A stretch of DNA of 64,000 bases, from NCBI GenBank assembly GCA_022824265.1, contig JAJEAG010000021.1, positions 22,577 through 86,576 on the forward strand, read 5' to 3'. Within the stretch, counting starts at the first letter, position 1. Each line of letters opens with the position of its first letter. The notes under the pieces were generated by a model. That model was not told the DNA's origin. It made no database searches and worked only from the letters and a program-made list of their open reading frames with translations. Source of the stretch: Candidatus Poribacteria bacterium (lineage in GTDB: Bacteria > Poribacteria > WGA-4E > WGA-3G). Of this stretch, positions 29,791 through 38,517 are shown one piece after another. A program made the translations under genes and the position numbers.

Positions 29791-30054
29791 ATAATATAAT
29801 TGTAAAGACACTTTGATTAACTCTTGAATAAGAACTCAATATGACTTGTCGGTTTCATTTCCGTAGTGGATATGTTGATTTTCTGTTAACTTGGATAAGT
29901 ATCTTTTCTTCTTTCATATTGTTGTATATCACTTTGGCATATTACAATAATCTAAAGTCGGACATTGATTTTTAGTCATTAACTTCTAAAACTTGTGAAT
30001 ATAGATTGATACCAATAAAGTATAACAGTAACTATCAATAGGAGGGTTATCCCA

Positions 30055-30843
30055 ATGTTACGAACGATACTTGTTTCTGTCTTAGTAACGCTTATGTTGA
30101 TTACGGTCGGAACTGTACTCGCGGCACTTGAAGACGATCTCGTAATCTACTTCACTTTTGACGATATTGATGGTAAAACGGTTTCTGATAGTTCAGGAAA
30201 CGGACTGGATGCAAACATTATCGCAAATACAGAAATCGTTGATGGTAAAAATGGAAAGGCAATCAAAATTACTGCTGAAGGAGCAGATTGTGTCAACGTT
30301 CCTGCTGATGATAAACTCAAAATCAGTGGCGAAATAACCATGGCAGCTTGGGTTTGGATGGAAGCGTGGAATAACGACTCACAATGGTTTGATAAAAACT
30401 GCCATAACGGTGGAGAACATACATCCTACGGTATCGGTGTTTTTGGCGATGGAAATAGTTTTAATATGTTTCTGGGATCAGATCAAAACCGTCAAACTTT
30501 GAACAAACCACACAACCTTAAAGCAAAAACATGGCATTATGTTGTAGGAATTTACGACGGTGATGCTATGAAAGTTTATGTTGATGGTGACCTCGCGGTA
30601 GAAGATGCTAAAAAGTTTAACTTCACTGGTACCAACGACCAAGACCTACGAATCGGATGTTCCAAAGATCGACCACAGTATACATTCGAAAATGGTATGA
30701 TTGACGATGTAGCATTATGGAGCCGTGCGATTAGTGAAGCTGAAATTAGTCAAGCAATGGGTGGAGACCTTCTTGCTGTTACAGCTAAAAACAAAGCAGC
30801 GACAACATGGGGAAGCATTAAGCAAAGAACTATCACATATTAA
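30055..30843 (+). CDS. Exported LamG / concanavalin-A-like lectin domain protein
   Basis: It has an AGGAGG RBS and a signal peptide. 'LDANI...DGKNGKAIKI....CVNVP' and 'WHYVVGIYDG..MKVYVDG' are typical of LamG_3-type domains. It carries the C-terminal 'TTWGSIKQR' tag. Confidence 0.8.
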   Translation: MLRTILVSVLVTLMLITVGTVLAALEDDLVIYFTFDDIDGKTVSDSSGNGLDANIIANTEIVDGKNGKAIKITAEGADCVNVPADDKLKISGEITMAAWVWMEAWNNDSQWFDKNCHNGGEHTSYGIGVFGDGNSFNMFLGSDQNRQTLNKPHNLKAKTWHYVVGIYDGDAMKVYVDGDLAVEDAKKFNFTGTNDQDLRIGCSKDRPQYTFENGMIDDVALWSRAISEAEISQAMGGDLLAVTAKNKAATTWGSIKQRTITY

Positions 30844-30867
30844 TTGTTAAATTCATCAGATGTAAAC

Positions 30868-30912
30868 GGCACAGATACGAATTCGTAAGGGAATGTATCT
30901 GTGCCTTCTTCT
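30868..30912 (+). terminator. Putative intrinsic terminator
   Basis: A perfect 11-bp stem (GGCACAGATAC / GTATCTGTGCC) with a 16-nt loop is followed by TTCTTCT. Confidence 0.55.
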
Positions 30913-30929
30913 ATAAAAGGATATAGAAT

Positions 30930-31979
30930 ATGATTAAAATCGGAATTGTAGGTATTGGTTTTATGGGAATGATACACTACTACGGTATCCAACGTGGTAA
31001 GGGTGCTGAAGTAGTCGCGATATGTACACGTGACCAGAAAAAACTTGATGGTGATTGGACCGGAATACAAGGTAATTTCGGACCGCGCGGTGGGCAGGAA
31101 GACTTGTCAAACGTCCGAAAATACAACGATATTGACGAAATTCTTGCTGATAAGGACATTGACTTTGTTGATATATGCTTACCTACGCACCTTCATAAAT
31201 CTGTGAGTATGGCATCTATAAAAGCAGGAAAACACACGCTTGTTGAAAAACCAATATCTATTGATATTGACGATGCAAACGAAATCGTTGAACTTGCTGA
31301 AAAAACAGACAAAGAGTTCATGGTTGCACACGTACTTCCCTTCTTTGCAGAATATGCGTATGCTAAGCAAATCGTAGAAAGTGGGGAGTATGGACAATTG
31401 CTCGGTGGACATTTCAAACGTGTCATCTCTAAACCGAGTTGGTCGCGTGATGTTGCTGATTTAGAAAAAAGTGGAGGTCCTGGCATTGATCTGCACATAC
31501 ACGACAACCACTTTATTCAACTCCTCTGTGGTGTTCCGGATGCTGTGTTTTCACAAGGGAAAATAGCAGGTGGTAATTATTTAGATTATTTGACAACACA
31601 ATACATCTATAATGACAAAGAACTTACTGTCAGTTGTTCTTCAGGTGCTATTTCCCAAAAAGGCAGAGCCTTTTCACACGGTTTTGAGATTTTTCTTGAA
31701 AAAGCAACGTTACTCTTCGATTTTTCAACACTTGCAGGTGAACCTACTACTGCAGTCCCATTGACACTTATCACTGAAGACGGTATAGTAGAACAAGTAG
31801 ATTTGGGTGAAGTTGACCCAATTGATGCATTTACTGCAGAAATTCAATATGCAGTTGATGCTATCAATAACAACGATAAACCTACTGCTTTGTCTGGTGT
31901 AGGTGCAAGAGACGCGCTTTTGCTTTGCTACAAAGAGGCTGAATCCGTAAAAACTGGCAAGATTGTAGCAGTTAAATAG
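30930..31979 (+). CDS. Gfo/Idh/MocA family oxidoreductase
   Basis: Motifs 'IGIVGIGFMGMIH', 'DICLPTHLH' and 'GKHTLVEKP'. Confidence 0.85.
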   Translation: MIKIGIVGIGFMGMIHYYGIQRGKGAEVVAICTRDQKKLDGDWTGIQGNFGPRGGQEDLSNVRKYNDIDEILADKDIDFVDICLPTHLHKSVSMASIKAGKHTLVEKPISIDIDDANEIVELAEKTDKEFMVAHVLPFFAEYAYAKQIVESGEYGQLLGGHFKRVISKPSWSRDVADLEKSGGPGIDLHIHDNHFIQLLCGVPDAVFSQGKIAGGNYLDYLTTQYIYNDKELTVSCSSGAISQKGRAFSHGFEIFLEKATLLFDFSTLAGEPTTAVPLTLITEDGIVEQVDLGEVDPIDAFTAEIQYAVDAINNNDKPTALSGVGARDALLLCYKEAESVKTGKIVAVK

Positions 31980-31993
31980 AAACACTTCAGGTA

Positions 31994-33130
31994 ATGAACC
32001 AATTTTATTCCATCAATCCAATTGGAGAATTATATGTTCCCGTTGAATATCGTGACGCTGTTTCTGCGCGCGGTAGTGTAAAGTTATTTGCACATCATGA
32101 ATTAGATAAACTTGGTCGTATCTTTACACATATTCAACGTGGTGGTGTCGCAGTTGTCCAAGGGGATTGGACAAAGATAATCAATTTGATGGAGTATGTT
32201 GAACAACATAAAAAGGAATTGTCCAACACATCAAAAGGTAACAGATCTAAAAATAACAGAAATAGGAGAGAACGTCACAATCCGAAACAGGAGCGAGAAG
32301 TCGCATTATCAAAGTTGATGTGTTGGGCAGATAAGAATGGTAAACTACAAGTCGACCCTACACCCGATATGCCATTTTTATTGGAACTGATTGGTGAAAA
32401 TCCAGACGCTAATCAGGACAGTCCGTTTCTTGTGTCCATAACTAAAATTCAACGTATCCAACGGGCACTTGAGGAAAGTTATGACTTAAATGCACTCAAT
32501 GCCTCCCTCGTTGCATCCGAAAATGTGCTCGCACCGCGTTCTCAGGAAACAATAGAATGTTTTCAGGAAGCGTTACAAAGTCTACCTCGTGAGAACTTAC
32601 CGAGTAAACCTATTGTTGCAGATATTGGTTGTGGTAGTGGTTGCTTGACACTACTGGCACATCAGGAGTTAGAAGATACCTTTGAAATATATGCATCTGA
32701 CATTCTCCCTGAAGCTACTGCTATAACAAAAATAAACTGTCATCGTATACTATCTGATCCACATAATGTCAAAGTCATACATCCCGGTGATTTGTTTGAA
32801 CCGTTTCCACAGCAACAGTTTGATATAATCATCTTCAATGCTCCATGGGTAGTTGCACGTGTCCGAAACAGATCCGAATTGGCAATTCACGATGAGAAAC
32901 AGCAGACTTTGAGACGTTTTGTTGAACAAGTTCCCAACTACATAAAACCAGATGGATTTCTGCTATTAGGTTACGCTGATGCATCAGGTCCCAAAGCAAT
33001 TGCTAACCTTGAAACGTTAATTGAGGATGCTGGTTTTGTGTGCAATACTGTGGTTAAGAGACGTGTCGCAACACATCGGTCAAAACGTAAGTGGGAACAT
33101 ATTCAGGTTTATGTATTAGGTAGGAAATAG
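31994..33130 (+). CDS. HemK/PrmC-like N-methyltransferase domain fused to an unrecognised basic N-terminal domain of about 170 aa
   Basis: Motifs 'VLAPRSQETIECFQEAL' (compare PrmC 'VLIPRPETE'), 'VADIGCGSGCL' (motif I) and 'IIIFNAPWV' (NPPY-type motif IV). The N-terminus contains 'KGNRSKNNRNRRERHNPKQ'. Confidence 0.65.
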   Translation: MNQFYSINPIGELYVPVEYRDAVSARGSVKLFAHHELDKLGRIFTHIQRGGVAVVQGDWTKIINLMEYVEQHKKELSNTSKGNRSKNNRNRRERHNPKQEREVALSKLMCWADKNGKLQVDPTPDMPFLLELIGENPDANQDSPFLVSITKIQRIQRALEESYDLNALNASLVASENVLAPRSQETIECFQEALQSLPRENLPSKPIVADIGCGSGCLTLLAHQELEDTFEIYASDILPEATAITKINCHRILSDPHNVKVIHPGDLFEPFPQQQFDIIIFNAPWVVARVRNRSELAIHDEKQQTLRRFVEQVPNYIKPDGFLLLGYADASGPKAIANLETLIEDAGFVCNTVVKRRVATHRSKRKWEHIQVYVLGRK

Positions 33131-33178
33131 AAAAAGAGCACTATCTATTCAACATTCCAAATAGATAGTGCTCTTTTT
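33131..33178. terminator. Bidirectional intrinsic terminator between convergent genes
   Basis: A perfect 19-bp stem (AAAAAGAGCACTATCTATT / AATAGATAGTGCTCTTTTT) with a 10-nt loop. The A and T tracts give a U-run on both strands. Confidence 0.8.
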
Positions 33179-33219
33179 AGTTTGAAAAGATGTTTCTGAG
33201 AAAAATGGTCAAAGACTAA

Positions 33220-34011
33220 CTAATAGCGTTGTTTGACATTTCCCCAAGTGGTTGTCATTTTTCCTTCTGCTTCAACAGCAGTAAGCGTTTGTTCAAATCC
33301 ATCATTCATGAGTGATTCAATATCCGATTGCTCCAAAGCCACACTGAATATAGCAACTTCATCAATTAACGCATTTCCAAATCTTCCTGCACAACAAGTA
33401 TCTCTACCAATAAAAACGGGTCCAGTATCAGCGTCAAGCGGGGTCTGATCAATATCCATTTCACTCGCAACTTCTGCATCAATGTAGATGATCCATTTTC
33501 CTGTAGCACTATCAAATGTTGTTGTATACAAGTGCCACTGGGTAATATCATCGGGACCGGTTGACTGATCATTCCAGCCACCAGGTTTATTCCAACATCC
33601 ACCATTGCAAACTGCCCACGCCATAACCTTCGTATTTGTGTTGGGATGCAGAATATAAGCATTCCGTTTTTCAACAAACCAGCCATGCTGATTCCAAGTT
33701 TCTGTCTTACTTTTTACCCAGATAGACACAGTGATAGCATCCCGCGGGTTCTCATGTCCAGGTACTTCTACATACGCACCACTTCCGTCCAATTCAAGTG
33801 CTGTACCAAATTGTCCATCTACCCAATTGGGATCTCCCTGTACAGTACCATCCAACTCATTCCCCGACATATCACCAGCAACATTGCCTGACCCTTCGTC
33901 AAACAGCCAAGCTCCGACAATGGTCTCTGGATCAATAGCAGAATCACTTGAAACAATTAATAAACTAAAACATAGACACAAAACAATTGCAAAAATCATA
34001 CTGAATTTCAT
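33220..34011 (-). CDS. Exported LamG-like domain protein (paralog 2)
   Basis: The start is set at the ATG at 34011, after GGAGGA. It has a signal peptide and is highly similar to 34158-34949. It carries the C-terminal 'TTWGNVKQRY' tag. Confidence 0.8.
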   Translation of the reverse strand: MKFSMIFAIVLCLCFSLLIVSSDSAIDPETIVGAWLFDEGSGNVAGDMSGNELDGTVQGDPNWVDGQFGTALELDGSGAYVEVPGHENPRDAITVSIWVKSKTETWNQHGWFVEKRNAYILHPNTNTKVMAWAVCNGGCWNKPGGWNDQSTGPDDITQWHLYTTTFDSATGKWIIYIDAEVASEMDIDQTPLDADTGPVFIGRDTCCAGRFGNALIDEVAIFSVALEQSDIESLMNDGFEQTLTAVEAEGKMTTTWGNVKQRY

Positions 34012-34157
34012 CTGAAATTCCTCCAATTAACTTAAGAGTGTAATGTGATAAAATAAAATCTAAGTATATTTTCCTACACGACAAAGCAATGTAAGATAAT
34101 AGAATGTGTCCCTTTATACGCTGATAACACCATATAACACAATAACATATTAAACAA

Positions 34158-34949
34158 CTAATAGCGTTGTTTTACATTTCCCCATGTGGTCGTCATTTTA
34201 CCTTCAGCATCAACATTAAGAACTGATTGTGAGAGACCATTTTTCATGAGCGACTCTATTTCTTTTTGTTCTAATGCTACACTAAAAATAGCAACTTCGT
34301 CAACTATCGCATTGCCAAACCTACCCGCGCAACAAGTATCTCTACCAATAAAAACAGGTCCATTATCCGGATCAATTGGTGTCTTGTTGATAACCATTTC
34401 ACTCGCAACTTCTGCATCAATGTAAATGAACCATTCTCCAGTATTGCTGTCAAAAGTTGTCGTATACATGTGCCATTCAGTAATATCGTTGGGACCGACT
34501 GACCTATCGTTCCAACCACCAGGTTTGTTCCAACACCCACCATTGCAAACTGCCCACGCCATAACCTTCGTATTTGTGTTGGGATGCAGAATATAAGCAT
34601 TCCGTTTTTCAACGAACCAACCGTGTTGATTCCAAGCAGCTGTGTTACTTTTCACCCATATTGAAACTGTTATAGCTTCTTGTGGATTAGCATGAGCAGG
34701 TATTTCAACATAAGAAGAACTTCCATTGAATTCAAGGGCATTTCCAAACTGTCCATCTACCCATTTTGGATTGTCATGTAGGACACCATCCAAGTCATTT
34801 CCCGAAGCATCGCCAGCAGTATTACCTTTATTCTCATCAAACAACCAGGCTCCGACAAGTGTCTCTGGATCGAATTCTGCATCGCTTGATAGAATTAGAC
34901 ATCCAAAACCAAAAAATACAAGAATCGTAAATAAAACAAAATATTTCAC
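34158..34949 (-). CDS. Exported LamG-like domain protein (paralog 3, tandem duplicate)
   Basis: The start is set at the GTG at 34949, after GGAGGGA. It shares long identical peptide blocks with the neighbouring paralog, for example 'WNQHGWFVEKRNAYILHPNTNTKVMAWAVCNGGCWNKPGGWND'. Confidence 0.8.
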   Translation of the reverse strand: MKYFVLFTILVFFGFGCLILSSDAEFDPETLVGAWLFDENKGNTAGDASGNDLDGVLHDNPKWVDGQFGNALEFNGSSSYVEIPAHANPQEAITVSIWVKSNTAAWNQHGWFVEKRNAYILHPNTNTKVMAWAVCNGGCWNKPGGWNDRSVGPNDITEWHMYTTTFDSNTGEWFIYIDAEVASEMVINKTPIDPDNGPVFIGRDTCCAGRFGNAIVDEVAIFSVALEQKEIESLMKNGLSQSVLNVDAEGKMTTTWGNVKQRY

Positions 34950-35446
34950 CGGAATTCCCTCCATTTAGACCTTAACTTATAAGGTTTCGCTTCAATCAGT
35001 AACTTACACATATATTTTCGTATTATTATTATGCCGTAAATCCAATTCGAAAAAAGTAATGTGTGAACTTAGTAACTTTGCCTATCGGTTTTATCTAAGA
35101 GATAATATTCACAACTATAGTATGAATTTTTTGAAGAAATCAGAGAATTGATTTTCCACTAACATGTTTGGTAGGGGAAGTAAACGTTAAATGAATTCAC
35201 TCAATGAATTATACCAACACTATCTTATCAAATACGACATTTTCTGTCAATAAAATTATTATGTATCTTTAGTTTTTAGTACATCTGAAACAATATGAAG
35301 GGCTAAAGAATAGTTTAACCGTTTAGTCCGTAGGTTGGAGCGAGTGTAGTTATCTCCAAAACGTATAGTTTTATTAACTACCTATGTTGAAGGTCATTTT
35401 GCTTGCTTCCGACCTACAAGTGTCAAATCGGACTTTGCACACTCAA

Positions 35447-36154
35447 CTATGGTTGTCCATGAAGCAAATCCGGTAATTCAGCAAGACTCCGTATCGTCTC
35501 CTTCCATCTCCCTTGTTGTGAACCTTCCCTGTCAATGAGTATCGGACGAATACCCACGCCTTGTGCGCCGATAATATCTGCTTCAAATGTATCGCCTACA
35601 TGAACGGTTTCCTCAGGTGTAACACCAACTGCATTGAGCGTGTAGTGGAAAATATGAGGGTCTGGTTTTGCGGAACGAACACGCGTATCGTGTGATGCGG
35701 TGATTACATCAAAATACTTGGCAATACCTAAACGTTCGGCAAGCGGGTCTAATGGTGTATCCCAGTTAGAGACAATTGCTAACTTGTAACCATCACCATG
35801 TAATTGTTGGAGTGTTGGTAGTGTGTCATTATATAACGATGCGACGTTTGCCGCAAAGAGCGAATGACCTGCTTGTAATAATTCCCAAGCCATTTGGTCT
35901 GCATGTTCTTTTACTCCGAGCTGACGAATAAATTCGCAATAACTCTTTACAATTGCATCCATCGTTTCAAGGATTGAATGTGTAGTAGGATCTGTGTCTG
36001 AAGCTTCGGCAAACAGATTCTGAACTGCAACTGCATACTGATTCCAATCAATTTCAAATTGGTATCTATCTGCTATTTTTTGTAGACTATCTTCAAGTGG
36101 CAACCCCCATACACCTAAAGTATAATAGAAATCAAAGAAAACTGCTTTTATCAT
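35447..36154 (-). CDS. HAD superfamily hydrolase, subfamily IA (haloacid-dehalogenase-like DxY variant)
   Basis: Motif I is 'FFDFYYTLG' (compare 'FDLYGTL' of L-2-haloacid dehalogenases). Also present: 'IVSNWD' and 'KPDPHIF....VHVGDTFEADIIGA'. Confidence 0.7.
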   Translation of the reverse strand: MIKAVFFDFYYTLGVWGLPLEDSLQKIADRYQFEIDWNQYAVAVQNLFAEASDTDPTTHSILETMDAIVKSYCEFIRQLGVKEHADQMAWELLQAGHSLFAANVASLYNDTLPTLQQLHGDGYKLAIVSNWDTPLDPLAERLGIAKYFDVITASHDTRVRSAKPDPHIFHYTLNAVGVTPEETVHVGDTFEADIIGAQGVGIRPILIDREGSQQGRWKETIRSLAELPDLLHGQP

Positions 36155-36166
36155 AATTACTAATAT

Positions 36167-36925
36167 TTATCCTTCAATGTATCGGGTTGGATCGGGAATG
36201 CCAGCATCCTCAAAACCTTTTTTACGTAGTTGACAACTATCACATCTGCCACATGCTCTTCCATCCATATCTGGATCATAACAACTCAGTGTAAGACTAT
36301 AGTCAACACCCAATTCCACTCCAATTTTGATTATTTCTGCTTTTGTTTTATCAAGTAAAGGTGTGCGAATGATTATTTCATTCTTACCTTCAACCCCAAC
36401 TTGTGTTGCAAGGTTTGCCATTTTCTGATATGCCTGTATATATTCCGGACGACAATCGGGGTATCCACTGTAATCGATAGCATTCACACCGATGAAAATT
36501 GCATCTGCTGTCAGCACTTCTGCCCAAGCAAGTGCATAAGAGAGGAAAATTGTGTTTCGTGCGGGGACATAGGTGATAGGAATACCGCTTTCTGAATGTG
36601 AATCAGGATTATATTCAGGTACTTCAATATCGTCAGTTAGTGCGGATGCACCGAACAGACGTAGGTCTATATTTATTATGGAGTGTTGTTTTGCATTAAG
36701 CGACTTTGCGAGATTTGCTGCACATTGGAGTTCTGCTTTGTTCCGTTGACCGTAGCGAAAACTCATAACATAACAATCATAGCCTTCGTTTCGCGCTATT
36801 GCTAAGATGGTGGTCGAATCTAATCCACCACTCAGAAGAACAACTGCTTTTAGAGGATTATGTGTAGGATTGAGAGATGTAGTATTTGTAACCAATTTGA
36901 TTCTTTTTATGAGACGACATATCAA
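36167..36925 (-). CDS. queC: 7-cyano-7-deazaguanine synthase
   Basis: Motifs '[13 protein letters not shown]', 'YVPARNTIF' and the C-terminal Zn cluster '[14 protein letters not shown]'. There is no in-frame ATG, so the start is a TTG at either 36925 or 36895. Confidence 0.85.
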   Translation of the reverse strand: MICRLIKRIKLVTNTTSLNPTHNPLKAVVLLSGGLDSTTILAIARNEGYDCYVMSFRYGQRNKAELQCAANLAKSLNAKQHSIINIDLRLFGASALTDDIEVPEYNPDSHSESGIPITYVPARNTIFLSYALAWAEVLTADAIFIGVNAIDYSGYPDCRPEYIQAYQKMANLATQVGVEGKNEIIIRTPLLDKTKAEIIKIGVELGVDYSLTLSCYDPDMDGRACGRCDSCQLRKKGFEDAGIPDPTRYIEG

Positions 36926-37255
36926 GATTAATTTATTCTTTCGGTAATATTAATTTCCTAATAGCCTGTAGGCGCGCTTTGATGAAGATTAATTTATTCT
37001 TTCGGTAATTTTCTACATTCCCAATCTCGGTAGGCGGGGAATGCCAAAAGGCATTCATACCCGCCGAATGCCAAACGCGCATTCGGCGTTGATTTGGGGG
37101 AACGCCTACAAGCATGTGGCGTTGATTCTGTTCATACCGTTGATTTCTTGATTTGGCGGTTTCCTAACCGCACCGGACTTTGATATAATATTACCGAATC
37201 TATTTTTTAATTTTCATGTAAGCGCGCTGGACTTCAATAGTAAATTACCGAATCT
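36924..37255. repeat. Nested cluster of inverted and direct short repeats (families R5, R6, R7)
   Basis: 'AAGATTAATTTATTCTTTCGGTAAT' occurs at 36924-36948 and 36985-37009. The inverted 'ATTACCGAA..' occurs at 37189-37230 and 37244-37255. Between them lie GAATGCC hairpins (37033-37084), R5 copies and a GCGGTT-TCCT-AACCGC hairpin (37156-37171). Confidence 0.8.
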
Positions 37256-37293
37256 GACATTTATTGCGTTATACATGATTGTCTCCTTATTCC

Positions 37294-38202
37294 TCATTTC
37301 CCATCTTCAACTTCTTCTGCAACAATTTCATAAGCCTGTAATTCATAAGATGTGACATCTGGTTGTGTTCGGGGATCCTCAGGGAAATCAGAATCTGTTA
37401 TAAGATTGACTATTATCTTTTCTGATTCTTGGTGATATTTTACAATACCAACATTCGGTGCTAACCAAATTGTAGTAACAGATTCACCAAGTTCTTCCAG
37501 ATCTGAATTAGGATTAGAGGGAGTCAGTTCAGTTTCAGTTTGGAATTGGATTTTCAGACAATCTTCAAATGTGCCAGCAGTAACATCTACGGTTTCAGTG
37601 CCGAGGATTATCCCAGTTTCTTGTATATCCAATGTAATCGTCGGATATTCTTGAGTGCGTTGAACTTCCGGTGATCCCTTAATGTCCATAGTCATTGAAA
37701 TAATTGCCTTGATGTTTATAGAATCCCATTCTACATCTGGAGTCACACCCAATGGAAGTAGGAAGATGTTCTCGTCAGCTTCTGTCTCCACATCATAGGT
37801 GATGCTGATAGTGGCATTCACTCCAGGGACAGTCTCTGCCAGCTCTGAAAGCGAATCTATCTCTTTACTAAGCCGTGCTTTCAAAGCATTTTCTACCTCT
37901 TCCCCAACAAGAGATGAGACCCATTCATCACTGACATGGAACAGATACGGCATAAAATGTTGGTCAAAATCAACCCAGTCCTTCAATTCAGGATCATAGC
38001 TGAATCCGTAATATGTCACACCAGATTTTTCTTCACCTTCAACGACTTGTCGGGTCAATTCGTTTCCATCTTTATCTTCATAAACCCAAGAACTTCCAAG
38101 CGTGCTTGGAAAATATAACTTTGCTGTTTCATTACCACTCAGTGTTGCACTTAGAATAGTGAGAAGTAGGATTGAAAAAGTGGTACTTAATCGCTTTAAC
38201 AT
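37294..38202 (-). CDS. Exported hypothetical protein (302 aa)
   Basis: It has an AAAGGAG RBS and the signal peptide 'LLLTILSATLSG'. It is acidic and I recognise no family. Confidence 0.65.
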   Translation of the reverse strand: MLKRLSTTFSILLLTILSATLSGNETAKLYFPSTLGSSWVYEDKDGNELTRQVVEGEEKSGVTYYGFSYDPELKDWVDFDQHFMPYLFHVSDEWVSSLVGEEVENALKARLSKEIDSLSELAETVPGVNATISITYDVETEADENIFLLPLGVTPDVEWDSINIKAIISMTMDIKGSPEVQRTQEYPTITLDIQETGIILGTETVDVTAGTFEDCLKIQFQTETELTPSNPNSDLEELGESVTTIWLAPNVGIVKYHQESEKIIVNLITDSDFPEDPRTQPDVTSYELQAYEIVAEEVEDGK

Positions 38203-38382
38203 TTTAATTCTCCTTTATCAGTTTGATAAAAAACTTCAGATTGATCCTTATCCTCTCCTTGTATTCCGCCCAATAGTTTTTTGCACGTTTTATATCTCTG
38301 TCTTGTGAGGACTTGTCACCACCACATAGCAAGAGAATAACATAATTCTATATGGATGTCAATGGTTTTGGAATTGTCTAAA

Positions 38383-38430
38383 CCAGGATGAGAGGGTTGG
38401 GGTTAGGAAACCCCAACCCTCTCATCCTGG
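38383..38430. repeat. Perfect 22-bp-stem palindrome with a 4-nt loop (CCAGGATGAGAGGGTTGGGGTT-AGGA-AACCCCAACCCTCTCATCCTGG)
   Basis: Read directly from the sequence. It lies 87 nt downstream of the stop of the minus-strand gene 38518-39591 and may act as a terminator or REP-like element. Confidence 0.9.
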
Positions 38431-38517
38431 CCATCTATAAATCCTGCAAATCCTGGTTCAGACAATGTTGATGTTGATAAAGTCAACGATACCCCGTATG
38501 AAGATTAACTTATCAAT

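Noticed and set aside
36933-37115. 60-aa minus-strand ORF upstream of queC.
   Set aside because: It is built entirely from the R5 and GAATGCC hairpin repeats, has no RBS, and its sequence is dictated by palindromes.
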